From positions 98,993 through 162,992 of the IMG/VR virus record IMGVR_UViG_3300035520_000484: a DNA stretch of 64,000 nucleotides; one strand, written 5' to 3'. Of this stretch, positions 1 to 10,446 are shown one piece after another (positions within the stretch are counted from its first letter, which is position 1; every line of letters starts with the position of its first letter). The DNA is from a virus. Taxonomy: Duplodnaviria; Heunggongvirae; Uroviricota; Caudoviricetes. Made by a program: the position numbers and the translations under genes. Under the pieces are notes generated by a model. That model was not told where the DNA came from. It was given only the letters and a program-made list of their open reading frames with translations, and did no database searches.

Positions 1-411
1 TAGTTAATATCATATTCTTTCATTGGTTTTTCTACATATTTATTAAATAAAGTTGCAGCATATCCAATGTTAACTCCAGAAATTCTATTCTCTCCAAAAT
101 CTTTAGAAAGACTTCCTCCTGTGTTAGATATATAATATCTTGTAGTTCTAGGAAGCGAAATTTCTTTAATTTCACCATTTTCAATATACTTAAATTTTGC
201 TTCTGATTTAGAATTAGTCTTTAATCGTAAACAAAAATCAAATATATCTTTATGATTAAGTATAGTATTTTTTATAGGTATATTATTAACGAAATACTCT
301 TTTAATGCAATTGGAACAATTCTCATTGAAGGATCCTTATGATATTCTTTATCAATTTCAAAACATCCTTTCAATTTAGTATTTCCGTCTTCATAAACAG
401 CAATATAATTA
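1..411 (-). CDS. Family B DNA polymerase, putative 3' exon / C-terminal part. Open frame with no start codon; runs past the window start.
   Basis: Minus-strand frame open from about 411 to 1 (...NNYIAVYEDGNTKLKGCFEIDKEYHKDPSMRIVPIALKEYF...ATLFNKYVEKPMKEYDIN...). It lies directly after the intervening GIY-YIG element that follows the polymerase ORF at 1359-2831. Confidence 0.4.
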
Positions 412-1358
412 TTTCAATTTGTCCAATTATTTCTAATTGGATTGGACTATATCTTTAATAGTCTTTCTAATAATTCTGTATTCTTTACAAAAAACATCAT
501 CAGATTTTTTTCTTGAAAATGAACTTAATACACTTGTTAGATTTAGTTCTTTTAACATAGTATAATCTCCATTTTCAGTAATTAAATTTCCATTAGGATC
601 ATAAATAATATATGAATATTTAGTTTTATTTTTTGACATAATTTTGCTTTGTTGCTTTTTTCTTTCATTATTATTTTTCCAATATTCTTTTAATTTATCA
701 GAATGGGTATCTCTTATACCTTCTTCCCATTCTTTTTTAAGTCTATTAGAAATTTTAATAGAAGTTTCTTTAGAACAAAAACATTTTCCCTGTGAATCAT
801 ATCTTAAATTATAACCTTTTTTTCGATCTAGAGAATTTAATTCAATCATCCAATATAGTTCTCTATCATATAAAAGTTTTTCTAAGATTTTAGGATCTTT
901 TTCGTCAAATTTTTCAACAATGTAATATTCAAAGTTATCTTCTCCGTATTTTTTGAAAGCATTTAATAAATGAACATTTTCATTATATTGTCTACTTTCA
1001 ATTCTAATATCTGTTAAATGTTGATGTAATCGTTTATAACAATTTTTTGATTTACCAACATAGATCTTTCCGTTTATAGAATTTTTAATTACATAAATTC
1101 CAGGAAAATTGCAATTTGATTTTTCGATTTTCATATTCAATATCTTTTTTACAAAGATATTAATTCTGAAATTCAAAACCAAATAATTGTTATATAATTA
1201 TTAGTAATAACTATTACCCTCCGTTTCCATCATAATTACATGATGTACTCTACTCAGTTCATACAAAAGTATGCTTTTCGATAGTCTCTGAACCTTCAAA
1301 ATCTATTACATAATAGATTAAGCTTGGCTGCTGATTGTCATACACTTAGTTTCTCAAC
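412..1358 (-). other. Putative group I intron interrupting the DNA polymerase gene. Contains a GIY-YIG homing endonuclease ORF.
   Basis: 176-nt non-coding stretch (1183-1358) plus the endonuclease ORF lie between the polymerase exon 1 stop and an ORF continuation that has no ATG. Two verified RNR introns in the same genome show the same architecture. Confidence 0.35.
433..1182 (-). CDS. GIY-YIG homing endonuclease. Terminates at TAG, then one codon, then TAA.
   Basis: N-terminal motif GIYVIKNSINGKIYVGKSKNCYKRLHQH is a canonical GIY-YIG module. About 249 aa, the typical endonuclease size. Confidence 0.8.
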   Translation of the reverse strand: MVLNFRINIFVKKILNMKIEKSNCNFPGIYVIKNSINGKIYVGKSKNCYKRLHQHLTDIRIESRQYNENVHLLNAFKKYGEDNFEYYIVEKFDEKDPKILEKLLYDRELYWMIELNSLDRKKGYNLRYDSQGKCFCSKETSIKISNRLKKEWEEGIRDTHSDKLKEYWKNNNERKKQQSKIMSKNKTKYSYIIYDPNGNLITENGDYTMLKELNLTSVLSSFSRKKSDDVFCKEYRIIRKTIKDIVQSN

Positions 1359-2831
1359 TTATGCTACAGATTTCCAGCAGTTAAAAGGGTTACGACGCAA
1401 ATAATTTACGTCTCTCAATATAAATTTTGAATATACATTATCTTCAATGTATAGACCTGTAAGTTCAGTCATTTCTTTACCTACTTGTTTAGCCTTATCA
1501 AAATCTTTACGTGGAAGTAAATAAGTAATACCATCTGTGTTATGCTGAATAAATTTAATTTCTGGAATAGCTTTTACTAACTTTTCAGTCCATAATGATA
1601 AAAACATTTGTCCAGATATCGTAGTTTTCATAGTATACAAAGGATCATAGAGAACGGAAGATTCTTCACCGGACTTACCATAGATCCCATTGGCAGCCAA
1701 CTTGAAACCTTCCATAATAACCATATCACGTTCTTTTTTAGGCTTCTTTTTCTCTGCTAATCGTACTGATACAATATCCTTATTATAAATTTCAAGAAAT
1801 GTTTTACCTAAATGTTCAGGATAAATACCTAATTGAATAGCTATACTAGGGTAGAGTGATCCGATGTCTTCGTCTAGTATAGTCCAATAATTATCAGCTT
1901 GATAAATACCTGGTTCAGCAGAACTATGTAGTCCTCCTGTCCCATAATCCATTTTTATTCCATGAAATATAACAGACTCTTCAAAAGATCCTTTAATACT
2001 TTTTATTTTAGTATTAATGAATTTATTTTTAATGTTATTAAATTCTTCTGTTTCAAAATTAGCCCATTTTGGAATACAATCAGCAAGGTTAATAACATCT
2101 CTGTAAGTTCCACCTCTAGCTTTTAATTGTCCAGGATAAGTATTAGTTTTTTCACAATACAAAGAAATAATTAATTGCTCTCCAATTTTAACATCAGGCC
2201 AATTTAAACATGGAATGTGGAATTTATGTTGAAGCTTTTGACGTAGATCTATTTTATTTTTACCTTTATAAACAGGATCATCAGTTTTGCCAAGAGCAAC
2301 TAATAAAAATTTATATGTAGAGAAGACGTCATTCTTGTTATATGCAAGCACTAATTCTTCATCTCCTTGCTTACACCAAGTTGTATGATGAATAGGCATT
2401 TCTTCTACGTTAGGAAGTCTCATTGCTATTTCTAGATCTTTTAATGAACAGGTTCTAGCTTTATTATTATAATGAAATATCCTATATAAATCAATTTGTT
2501 GTATATATTTATTTTTATCAGCAATTACACTAAATTCTTGATTTATAATTTCCTGAGATTTATTATATAAGCATATAGCAACTTCTTGTCCCGATTTATT
2601 TTTATACTTATCATAATGATTTAATATATGATGCTCTAATGGGTAGTCATAGCTCTCATCGTTAAACCCTACTTGAATAATTTTATCTCTAGTAAGATGT
2701 TTATAGAGAGAGTCTAATTCATTACGCCAATTACATATTACAAATTGATAATATTTATTTTCCTTTGGGCAATATCCTGTATATGTAAATAAATTCCTTA
2801 AACATTCTAAATCATATACTTCTAGAATCAT
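1359..2831 (-). CDS. Family B DNA polymerase (exonuclease plus polymerase core); exon 1 if the gene is intron-split.
   Basis: Exo I YDLE, Exo II GFNDESYDYP and Exo III YNKNDVFSTYKF are present. Pol motif A DEDIGSLYPSIAI matches the DxxSLYPS consensus. Motif B KLAANGIYGKSG matches KxxxNSxYG. Motif C reads HNTDGI. Confidence 0.8.
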   Translation of the reverse strand: MILEVYDLECLRNLFTYTGYCPKENKYYQFVICNWRNELDSLYKHLTRDKIIQVGFNDESYDYPLEHHILNHYDKYKNKSGQEVAICLYNKSQEIINQEFSVIADKNKYIQQIDLYRIFHYNNKARTCSLKDLEIAMRLPNVEEMPIHHTTWCKQGDEELVLAYNKNDVFSTYKFLLVALGKTDDPVYKGKNKIDLRQKLQHKFHIPCLNWPDVKIGEQLIISLYCEKTNTYPGQLKARGGTYRDVINLADCIPKWANFETEEFNNIKNKFINTKIKSIKGSFEESVIFHGIKMDYGTGGLHSSAEPGIYQADNYWTILDEDIGSLYPSIAIQLGIYPEHLGKTFLEIYNKDIVSVRLAEKKKPKKERDMVIMEGFKLAANGIYGKSGEESSVLYDPLYTMKTTISGQMFLSLWTEKLVKAIPEIKFIQHNTDGITYLLPRKDFDKAKQVGKEMTELTGLYIEDNVYSKFILRDVNYLRRNPFNCWKSVA

Positions 2832-2836
2832 ATTTA

Positions 2837-3691
2837 TTATAATAACTCTCTTAATTCGTCACCGTATTTAGATTTAATTTTAGCAAGTGCCTCACATTCT
2901 ATTTGTCTAGCTCGCTCATATCCTATTCCAAAACGACTTGCAATTTCTTTAAATTGCATAGAAACCATTCCTATACCAAAAGTCATTCTTAATATGTCTC
3001 GTTCTCTATCAGGTAAACTATCAATCATTATTTCTATTTCTTTAGAAACACTTGATTGAATAACATTTAAATCAGAGTTTTCAGCATTTTCATTAGGTAT
3101 AACATCAAGTAATGTTCCTGCTTCTTCATCTTTAAAAGGAGTATCAAATGAGACAGAGCGACTACCAGAAGATAATGTGGCACTAATTTTACTATTAGGT
3201 AAATCACTTAATTCTTCTATTTCTTCAACAGAAGGATTTCGTAATTCCTGTTGTTCAAACTTCTCAGAAACCTTATTAATCTTATTATATAATGAAATAT
3301 AATTCATTGGCAATCTAACAGTTCTACATTCTGAAGAAATAGATTGCATAATTGCTTGTCTAATCCACCAAACAGCATAAGATATAAATTTAAATCCCCT
3401 AGTTTCATCCCATAGATAAGCAGCTTTCATAGCTCCTTCAACGCCACTTTGAATTAAATCAACTAAAGGAATACCTTTATTCTGATATTGTTTAGCAACA
3501 GAAATTATAAATCGGAGATTCCCTTCTACTAACTTCTTAGCAGCAGAGGAATCTCCGTCTTTTATTTTATGAGACAATTCTATTTCTTCATTAATATCAA
3601 TCATTGGAATCTTAGATACTTCTCTAAACAAAGAAGCTAGAGAAGCATCTTGACGATCCGTTATAGATTGAGATATTTTTAAAGGTCTCAT
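2837..3691 (-). CDS. Sigma-70 family RNA polymerase sigma factor (phage-encoded).
   Basis: Region 2: NLRFIISVAKQY...LVDLIQSGVEGAMKAAYLWD...FKFISYAVWWIRQAIMQSI. Region 4 helix-turn-helix: LPDRERDILRMTFGI...KEIASRFGIGYERARQIECEALAKIK. Confidence 0.8.
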   Translation of the reverse strand: MRPLKISQSITDRQDASLASLFREVSKIPMIDINEEIELSHKIKDGDSSAAKKLVEGNLRFIISVAKQYQNKGIPLVDLIQSGVEGAMKAAYLWDETRGFKFISYAVWWIRQAIMQSISSECRTVRLPMNYISLYNKINKVSEKFEQQELRNPSVEEIEELSDLPNSKISATLSSGSRSVSFDTPFKDEEAGTLLDVIPNENAENSDLNVIQSSVSKEIEIMIDSLPDRERDILRMTFGIGMVSMQFKEIASRFGIGYERARQIECEALAKIKSKYGDELRELL

Positions 3692-4867
3692 TTAAAATGA
3701 TAAAATATTTTTTACTGAAAAAATATAATCAAGTGAACTAATGGATTTAATTGGTTTCTTTTTCATAATATGACTCAATTTCTTTATCAGACATTAGATT
3801 TACATTTATTCCATTTAAACAAAGAGTATCAGTAAACATATTATATTTTAATATAAGGTCTTTTTGACCAGTACTATAAACAATAAATGGTTCAGATTCT
3901 CTAAGTAAATATCCTACTGGCAATAAAGTATTCTCTTTTTCTTTAAGAGATTTTATTACTTCTTTATGTATTCTTTTAAATGCTTGAACTTCTTGAATAA
4001 AACCATTAACTATATTTAGTTTTGCAGTAATAGGATTTCTACACATCCATAAGGCTTTCTTAAAATACTCTGGTTTAAGAGTGTTTCCAAAAAGTCTTAT
4101 ATTACCTTCCCAAGTACCATACATATTAGTTCTTCCTTCAGGATAAGCAAATACATCAGTCTCAATAGTAAGTTTATCTACTTCATATTCATCCCAAAAT
4201 GGTTCATCTGGAATGTAATCCTGAGGTTTAATTAAATGAACGTCTAAAGTAATATACTCTTCATCATGATAAAGGTCTACATTAATTACTTCTCCGTTTA
4301 AATAACTATAATAAGATGGTCTAAAACCTGATTCTTTTAAAATAATCATCCAATCAGTTAAAGTCATATCTCATCTAAAGTCCAATTATTAGACAATACA
4401 GCATCTACATAAAAACTCTTTACTTTATAAGTAAGAAATTCTTTACCTGCAGGAGTGCAAATAATTTCTCCTTTTTCATTAAGTTTATAACTACGTGTAT
4501 GCCCATCTAATGTAAGTGAAACAGTTAATCCTGCTTCAATATATGAAAGTGCTTCTTGAAAATTAAATGTTTCCATCAAATTAAAGTTATTGATCAATAT
4601 ACTTAAGTGTTAACATCCATGTATGGCTTTCATTATCTGCAACTAAATCTAGAAGTTCACAATAATTTAAAGATTCAACAATTCTAGAAATTTGGTTTAA
4701 ATAGAAAACCCAATTAAAGTCTCCCATAATATCACCACCAGTAATAGTGATTATACAATTAGGATATCTATCACAATTAATACTCTGAACAAATACTCTA
4801 TATAAATCTAAGTCAGAGATAGTTTTTAATATTTCTTTTTTTATTACAAGAGGATTAGACATAATTT

Positions 4868-6070
4868 TTATTCTAAATCAAAGCGAAAAACTCTTAATTT
4901 TGGTTGGGTAGGTACTCCATCATCTGATAAGTTAAAGTAAGTACATTCTGCTTTATGTCCTTTGTATTTAGTCTCAAAGTTTTGAACATATTCTTCCTTA
5001 GTTTCTCTATCACCAACAGGCATAGCTTTAAAAGTACGTCCATCTTCTAATTCACATACAAAAGTCATATCCTCTGAACCACGTAAACCTAATTCATAAC
5101 CAATTACCATAAATTCAGAATCCTTATACTTCTTAATTTTAATCATATCATTGGTTCTACCATTAGGCTTATAAGGTTTATTAGGATTACGAATTACAAC
5201 TCCTTCAAATCCTTCTGATACATATTTATCATGTAATGCTTCAATATTTTTCCAACCAGATACTTCTACTTGTTTTAGTAGATAAATAGGATTGATGTGC
5301 ATTTCATCCGGTTCTGTTTCAACTACAAAGAAAGGAAAGTTTTCAGTTAAGAAATCTTGTCGTTCTTTAGCTGTCATTTCTGGATGTGCAGAATCATACA
5401 TATCATATACCCAATATTCTAGCCATTCAGTATCAGAATCCTTTTCCATTCTAGCAGCACCACTAATCTTTTGTAGACTAGTAAATCGTTTAAATAATTC
5501 ACCATCCAAAATTATAGTAGGATTGTTAGTTAGAAATTCTATTAAATACTCATTAGTACGAATATGTTCTGTAGAATAATCAAAATGCTCACCACCTCTG
5601 CTTGCTGTATGTACTTGTTTACCATCAAAATATATTAGACACCTTACACCATCTAATTTTCTTGAAGCTAGCCATACATTATCAAAGATTTTCTGATTGG
5701 TAACTTTTTCAAATTGTTTAGCAAGCATAGGTTTAATAACTCCTTGAGTATTAGTAACAGTATCACCAAAGAGCTGTTTTAATTCAGATTCTGAGTAATC
5801 ATTAGGATGTTGAGGAACTTCAATATATCCTTTATCTTTAAACTTTTTTACTTCCGAATAAAATTGAAGTTTATATTGTTCTTGCCAGGTTCTTTTTTGC
5901 TTAGTTCTATCTACTACAATAGCAGGAGATAAAGTAGTTTTACCATAGACTTGACCATAGCTACGTTGAATAACGTAGCCATGTCTTTCTTCATCCCATT
6001 CTTCAGTACATTCTACTACAGCAAATCTGAATTTACCTGTAGATGCTCGACTTAATAGATATACCCTCAT
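4868..6070 (-). CDS. ATP-dependent DNA (or RNA) ligase, nucleotidyltransferase superfamily.
   Basis: Motif I KLDGVRC (KxDG). Motif III ILDGELF. Motif IV EGVVIRN. Motif V IKIKK. Confidence 0.65.
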   Translation of the reverse strand: MRVYLLSRASTGKFRFAVVECTEEWDEERHGYVIQRSYGQVYGKTTLSPAIVVDRTKQKRTWQEQYKLQFYSEVKKFKDKGYIEVPQHPNDYSESELKQLFGDTVTNTQGVIKPMLAKQFEKVTNQKIFDNVWLASRKLDGVRCLIYFDGKQVHTASRGGEHFDYSTEHIRTNEYLIEFLTNNPTIILDGELFKRFTSLQKISGAARMEKDSDTEWLEYWVYDMYDSAHPEMTAKERQDFLTENFPFFVVETEPDEMHINPIYLLKQVEVSGWKNIEALHDKYVSEGFEGVVIRNPNKPYKPNGRTNDMIKIKKYKDSEFMVIGYELGLRGSEDMTFVCELEDGRTFKAMPVGDRETKEEYVQNFETKYKGHKAECTYFNLSDDGVPTQPKLRVFRFDLE

Positions 6071-7036
6071 TAGTCGTAATCTTCATAATCATAAACATAG
6101 TCTTTATTTACATCTGTACTAAACTTCTGAACTGCTATTTCAGGAAATGATTCTTGTTCAATAAACTTCCCAATTACATGTTCTTTATAAGCATTTGCTT
6201 TTTCTTCGTCTTTATAGATACGAATAATAGACCAATCATTATTAGACAATGGCCCTTTATAGGAAACTGCGTATAGTATCATTATTTTCTATATTTTTCA
6301 ATAAGATCGTAAAGCTCATCTAAAGAATTGACAGTTATTTGATTTCCATTTTCATCATAAGTAGTATGATTTTTATCAAAACGATACCAATCAATCCAAT
6401 CTACTCCTTCTTCTGTAAAATAAGAAGAAATAACTATATCAAACATTTTAAATCCCCAATCTATAATGTCCCATGCCCAAATATATAAACCCACTTTTTC
6501 TGCTGTATTGCATACTCTGTATTGTTTATTATATTCTTGCATAAGTTCTATAAACTCTTTCTTACCAATCATAGCTTTTAAAATTAGATGTTCGTTTTTC
6601 AAATTCTGAACTCATAATAATATTAAGTAAATCATCCATTGTATAAAGAGTATCATCTTTCATAAATATATCTAATACATATTTAAGACAATTTACTTTC
6701 TTACCTAAGTGATGGTATACTCGGTAATTCAATTCTGATAACAGTGGTTTAATTATGTTCTCTGACATATTTATAAGCTTCTTCCCAAGTATTACTGCTC
6801 TTTAGAGCATCTTTAATAAGTTTAAGATCATAACAATTAGTAGCATTAGCTACTTTACGAATATTTCCGATATTGTCTCGAATCATTAGATAAATTTAAA
6901 TTAATTCAACATAATTATTAGGATACATTCCATAAATCTCATCCCATGCTTCTTCTATACTATCTGCATAGACTTTTTCAGTGAAACGATCATTTCCAAC
7001 TGTAATAGCAAACATAAATACTTCCATATTATTCAA

Positions 7037-7579
7037 TTATTTTCCAGCTACATAATGTCCATTTTTATCATAATTAGAGTGTCCGAAGCCGCCTCCACGG
7101 TCTGTACCTGTAAGATCCGTAATACTTTTAACATTTACCCAATTAATATGTTCAATTTTATTCAATACAGCTTGACAAATACGTTCACCATCCTCAATCC
7201 ATACTGAATCTTGACCAAGATTAATTACAGGACAGCCCCATTCATTCTTATATGAACAGTCAATAGTACCAGGAGTATTAACTAAACTCAATCCTTTCTT
7301 AATAGCAAGACCGCTACGAGGACGAAGTTGTACTTCATAACCTTCAGGAATAGCTGTATAAATACCAGTAGGAATAATAGCACGAGTTCCAGGTTCAAGA
7401 CGAAGAAGAGTTTTTTCATGTCCTTCTCCTGAAAAGATTAATTCACCACCGCCATATAATTTAATAGGATTTTCAGGAGATACTCTACTAAAATCAGCAC
7501 GAATATCGGCTCCAGCATCAGTAGGATTAGTGTACTCAGGATTATTGTTATTAGAATTGTTAAAGATTTGTACGTCCAT
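7037..7579 (-). CDS. dUTPase / dCTP deaminase family protein.
   Basis: RPRSGLAIKKG and GTIDCSYKNEWG resemble dUTPase motifs II and III (RSG...K and GxIDxDYRG). Confidence 0.6.
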   Translation of the reverse strand: MDVQIFNNSNNNNPEYTNPTDAGADIRADFSRVSPENPIKLYGGGELIFSGEGHEKTLLRLEPGTRAIIPTGIYTAIPEGYEVQLRPRSGLAIKKGLSLVNTPGTIDCSYKNEWGCPVINLGQDSVWIEDGERICQAVLNKIEHINWVNVKSITDLTGTDRGGGFGHSNYDKNGHYVAGK

Positions 7580-7906
7580 GATTATAATTCTATTAGATAT
7601 TTATAGTTTTTATTATTCTTTGAATCTTCTTCAGTAATTGGAATTAAATCTCCAAAAAACATAAAAGATTGAATTAATTCTGTAAGATTGTTTGCATCTT
7701 TTACTTCATTAGAATACCAATCATTATAGAAAGCTGCTTGAGGATCAAAATATAAATTTAATGTACGTGAATAACAAATTAAGTGGTCAGAAAGTTCTTC
7801 AAGAAAATATTGAAAATCATGAATATCTTCATTACTAAATTCACGTACATTATACTCTTCAAAAGCTTTATTTTTTAATTCTCTAAATTTTTCATTTAAC
7901 TTTACG

Positions 7907-8701
7907 TCACTTATTGAGATCATGTGGAATAAATTTATTATCATTAATTTCCAAATATTGCCCGTTTTCAAGACAATCACATAACCAAATATCAGGCTTA
8001 TCTTGAATATTATGACAAGATCCAGATTCCATAAATAACTTTTTAATATTACTTATTTGCTTTACAGGAGTATGACCTACAACTTGTGTAATATTAAGTG
8101 GGCAATGCCAAAATAAGGAATTAGGTCTTATCCAAGTACATGGTTGAGTTGCCGACTCTCCATTATAATCACTAAATTTACAAGGAGTAAATCCAAATAA
8201 TTCACTAGGTTCTAACTCATTAATCTTTGATATAAGCCACATATTCTTTGTGGTTTCATCCCATTCTTTATCAGGAGAACCTATTACTTCTATTTCTACG
8301 CTTTTAAGAAATTCTTCCGAAATTCCAGCATGAGAACATACTATATTTGTATCTGGAATTATATATACCCATTGTGAAAGAGATAAAAACCAGTCTTTAA
8401 CATCTTTACTAGACATATATTGTTCAGAATATCTATCACGTGGATTACATTCTGCCCAATAATAGCCTAATGACGAGCAATCGTGGTTTCCACGTAATAG
8501 AATTACTTTATCAGGATTTTCTTCTTTAAAAGTAAGGATATCATATAATATTCCACAAACATCAGTTGGATCATCTAAAGTAACTTCTCTAGGAGTTAAA
8601 TAATCTCCTAGAAAAATAACTTTATCATAATCAGATTCTTTTGCAACTATATCTTTCCATGTAGTTCTACAGTGAATATCACCAATTACTAAATATTTCA
8701 T
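7907..8701 (-). CDS. Calcineurin-like metallophosphoesterase (Ser/Thr phosphatase-like).
   Basis: GDIHC, VIFLGDYL and GNHD motifs. Confidence 0.6.
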   Translation of the reverse strand: MKYLVIGDIHCRTTWKDIVAKESDYDKVIFLGDYLTPREVTLDDPTDVCGILYDILTFKEENPDKVILLRGNHDCSSLGYYWAECNPRDRYSEQYMSSKDVKDWFLSLSQWVYIIPDTNIVCSHAGISEEFLKSVEIEVIGSPDKEWDETTKNMWLISKINELEPSELFGFTPCKFSDYNGESATQPCTWIRPNSLFWHCPLNITQVVGHTPVKQISNIKKLFMESGSCHNIQDKPDIWLCDCLENGQYLEINDNKFIPHDLNK

Positions 8702-9563
8702 TCTTCGTATAAATCAATTTCAGTAATATTATAAACTTCATTACTATATAATCTATCTTCCCATTCAAGAGCTTTATCATAAAGTTCTGAATTTATTTTA
8801 TAACCTTTTTGATTAAGTAATTCAATAGCATATTGTTTAGATTGCTCCATTACAGAAGTACGATACTTTTCATATTCTTCAGGAGTTTCAAAATCATATC
8901 TATGCTTAACTAAATCATACTTTTCTTGAGAATCATAAATAGCATCTTCCCAATCATCTACAAAATCGTCAGTAATAAATTCAGGACGAGTATTCATTTC
9001 TTTTATATATTTCTCTGCAGACTCTTTTGTCGTATAAACTCGATCAAAATAATCATAATCATCAGTTGAGCTTTGAATTAGATATACTTTCTTCATTTAA
9101 ATATTGAATTAATTCATTAATAATATCATTTCCTGTTTCAGAATAAAAAGCTTTAATTGGAGTCTCTTTATTCAAACAAACTGCAAAAGGTGTCAGTCTT
9201 GCAGCATAATGAGATTTAACTGAATATGCTTGCTTTTTATTTTTTCTAGACCTTTCGTCTATAAAAGTAAAGAAAGGTGATACTTTTAAAGTATAAGTAC
9301 CACCAATCTTTTTAATTTGTTCATCGTCATTATATACGACAATTACATCTGTAATCATATAATAAAAATGATAAATAAGCTTAAAATTAGAGTTGATAAA
9401 ATATATAAATTAATTATCCAAAATGCTGCCAAAACATCATTTTGACTAAATCCATCATGAGATTTATTTAATAAATAATCAAATATAAACTGAATGTTTA
9501 AAAGTATAGATAATATATATATTATACTTAAAAATAGTGATATATAAGCAATTATAAGCATAG

Positions 9564-10361
9564 TTAATTACATTTAGAATAACCGTTATATTCTGCAACT
9601 TTACAGCACATCTCCTTAAAGTAATCATTTGAATAAGATTGTTTCATCATATTTATATCTTTGTGTACCCATTGCACATTTCCTTCAACATAACCAATAT
9701 CAGAATTAATTCTGTCCAAAGACCAATTTTGTTGAATAGCTGGTTTAGTTATATCTAATTCAAGAGATAATCCTGAAAGAGCACATTTATGATTTTGTTC
9801 TTCATAAAGTTTTTCAAGATATTCTGGAGTAATATTAAATTCTAATTGGCTAACTTTTTTACGCTTATTTACATTATTAATTATATGAGTGTAAAAACTA
9901 TTAATCATTCCATTAATACTAATTTCTCCATTTTCAGTTAAATAAGATTTATTACCACAGCTTTTACATTTAGTAGTGCTACCAGTTCGTAAAGCAGTTA
10001 ATGATTTCCAAGCAGTATTTCCACAACAACACTGACAAAGTTGATAAAGAGCACGATTACTGCCTACTTTTACTTGATCACTTATAATAGTCCATAATCC
10101 AAATTTTGTACCTACAGGATAAGTATTTCTGGTTTCTTGACGTCTTGATGCACTACGCATTTCAACACCGTGATCTTTTAAGTATTTATCAATGCTTGCA
10201 TGATTTACTCCAGTTAAATCTTCTATTTCTTTTGAAGTTTTATTTTCTTCTACATATAATTTAACCGCATCATAGGTATCTAATATTTCTTTTATTACTT
10301 TAGGAGATCTCCGAGTTCTTTTTACAGGTTGATTCAAATTTTCTTCTTTAACAGTGTCCAT
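9564..10361 (-). CDS. HNH endonuclease with an N-terminal Zn-finger/HTH region; free-standing beside the RNR gene.
   Basis: C-terminal HKCALSG...SLDRINSDIGYVEGNVQWVHKDINMMKQ is an HNH motif (His...Asn...His/Asn). A Cys cluster CQCCCGN...CKSCGN is also present. Confidence 0.6.
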   Translation of the reverse strand: MDTVKEENLNQPVKRTRRSPKVIKEILDTYDAVKLYVEENKTSKEIEDLTGVNHASIDKYLKDHGVEMRSASRRQETRNTYPVGTKFGLWTIISDQVKVGSNRALYQLCQCCCGNTAWKSLTALRTGSTTKCKSCGNKSYLTENGEISINGMINSFYTHIINNVNKRKKVSQLEFNITPEYLEKLYEEQNHKCALSGLSLELDITKPAIQQNWSLDRINSDIGYVEGNVQWVHKDINMMKQSYSNDYFKEMCCKVAEYNGYSKCN

Positions 10362-10446
10362 TTTATATTAATTATTAAATTTAATGTACTCAATTATAAT
10401 AATTTTCTATAAAAATGGCAACTGTTATAATGTTAAAATTTGTTAA

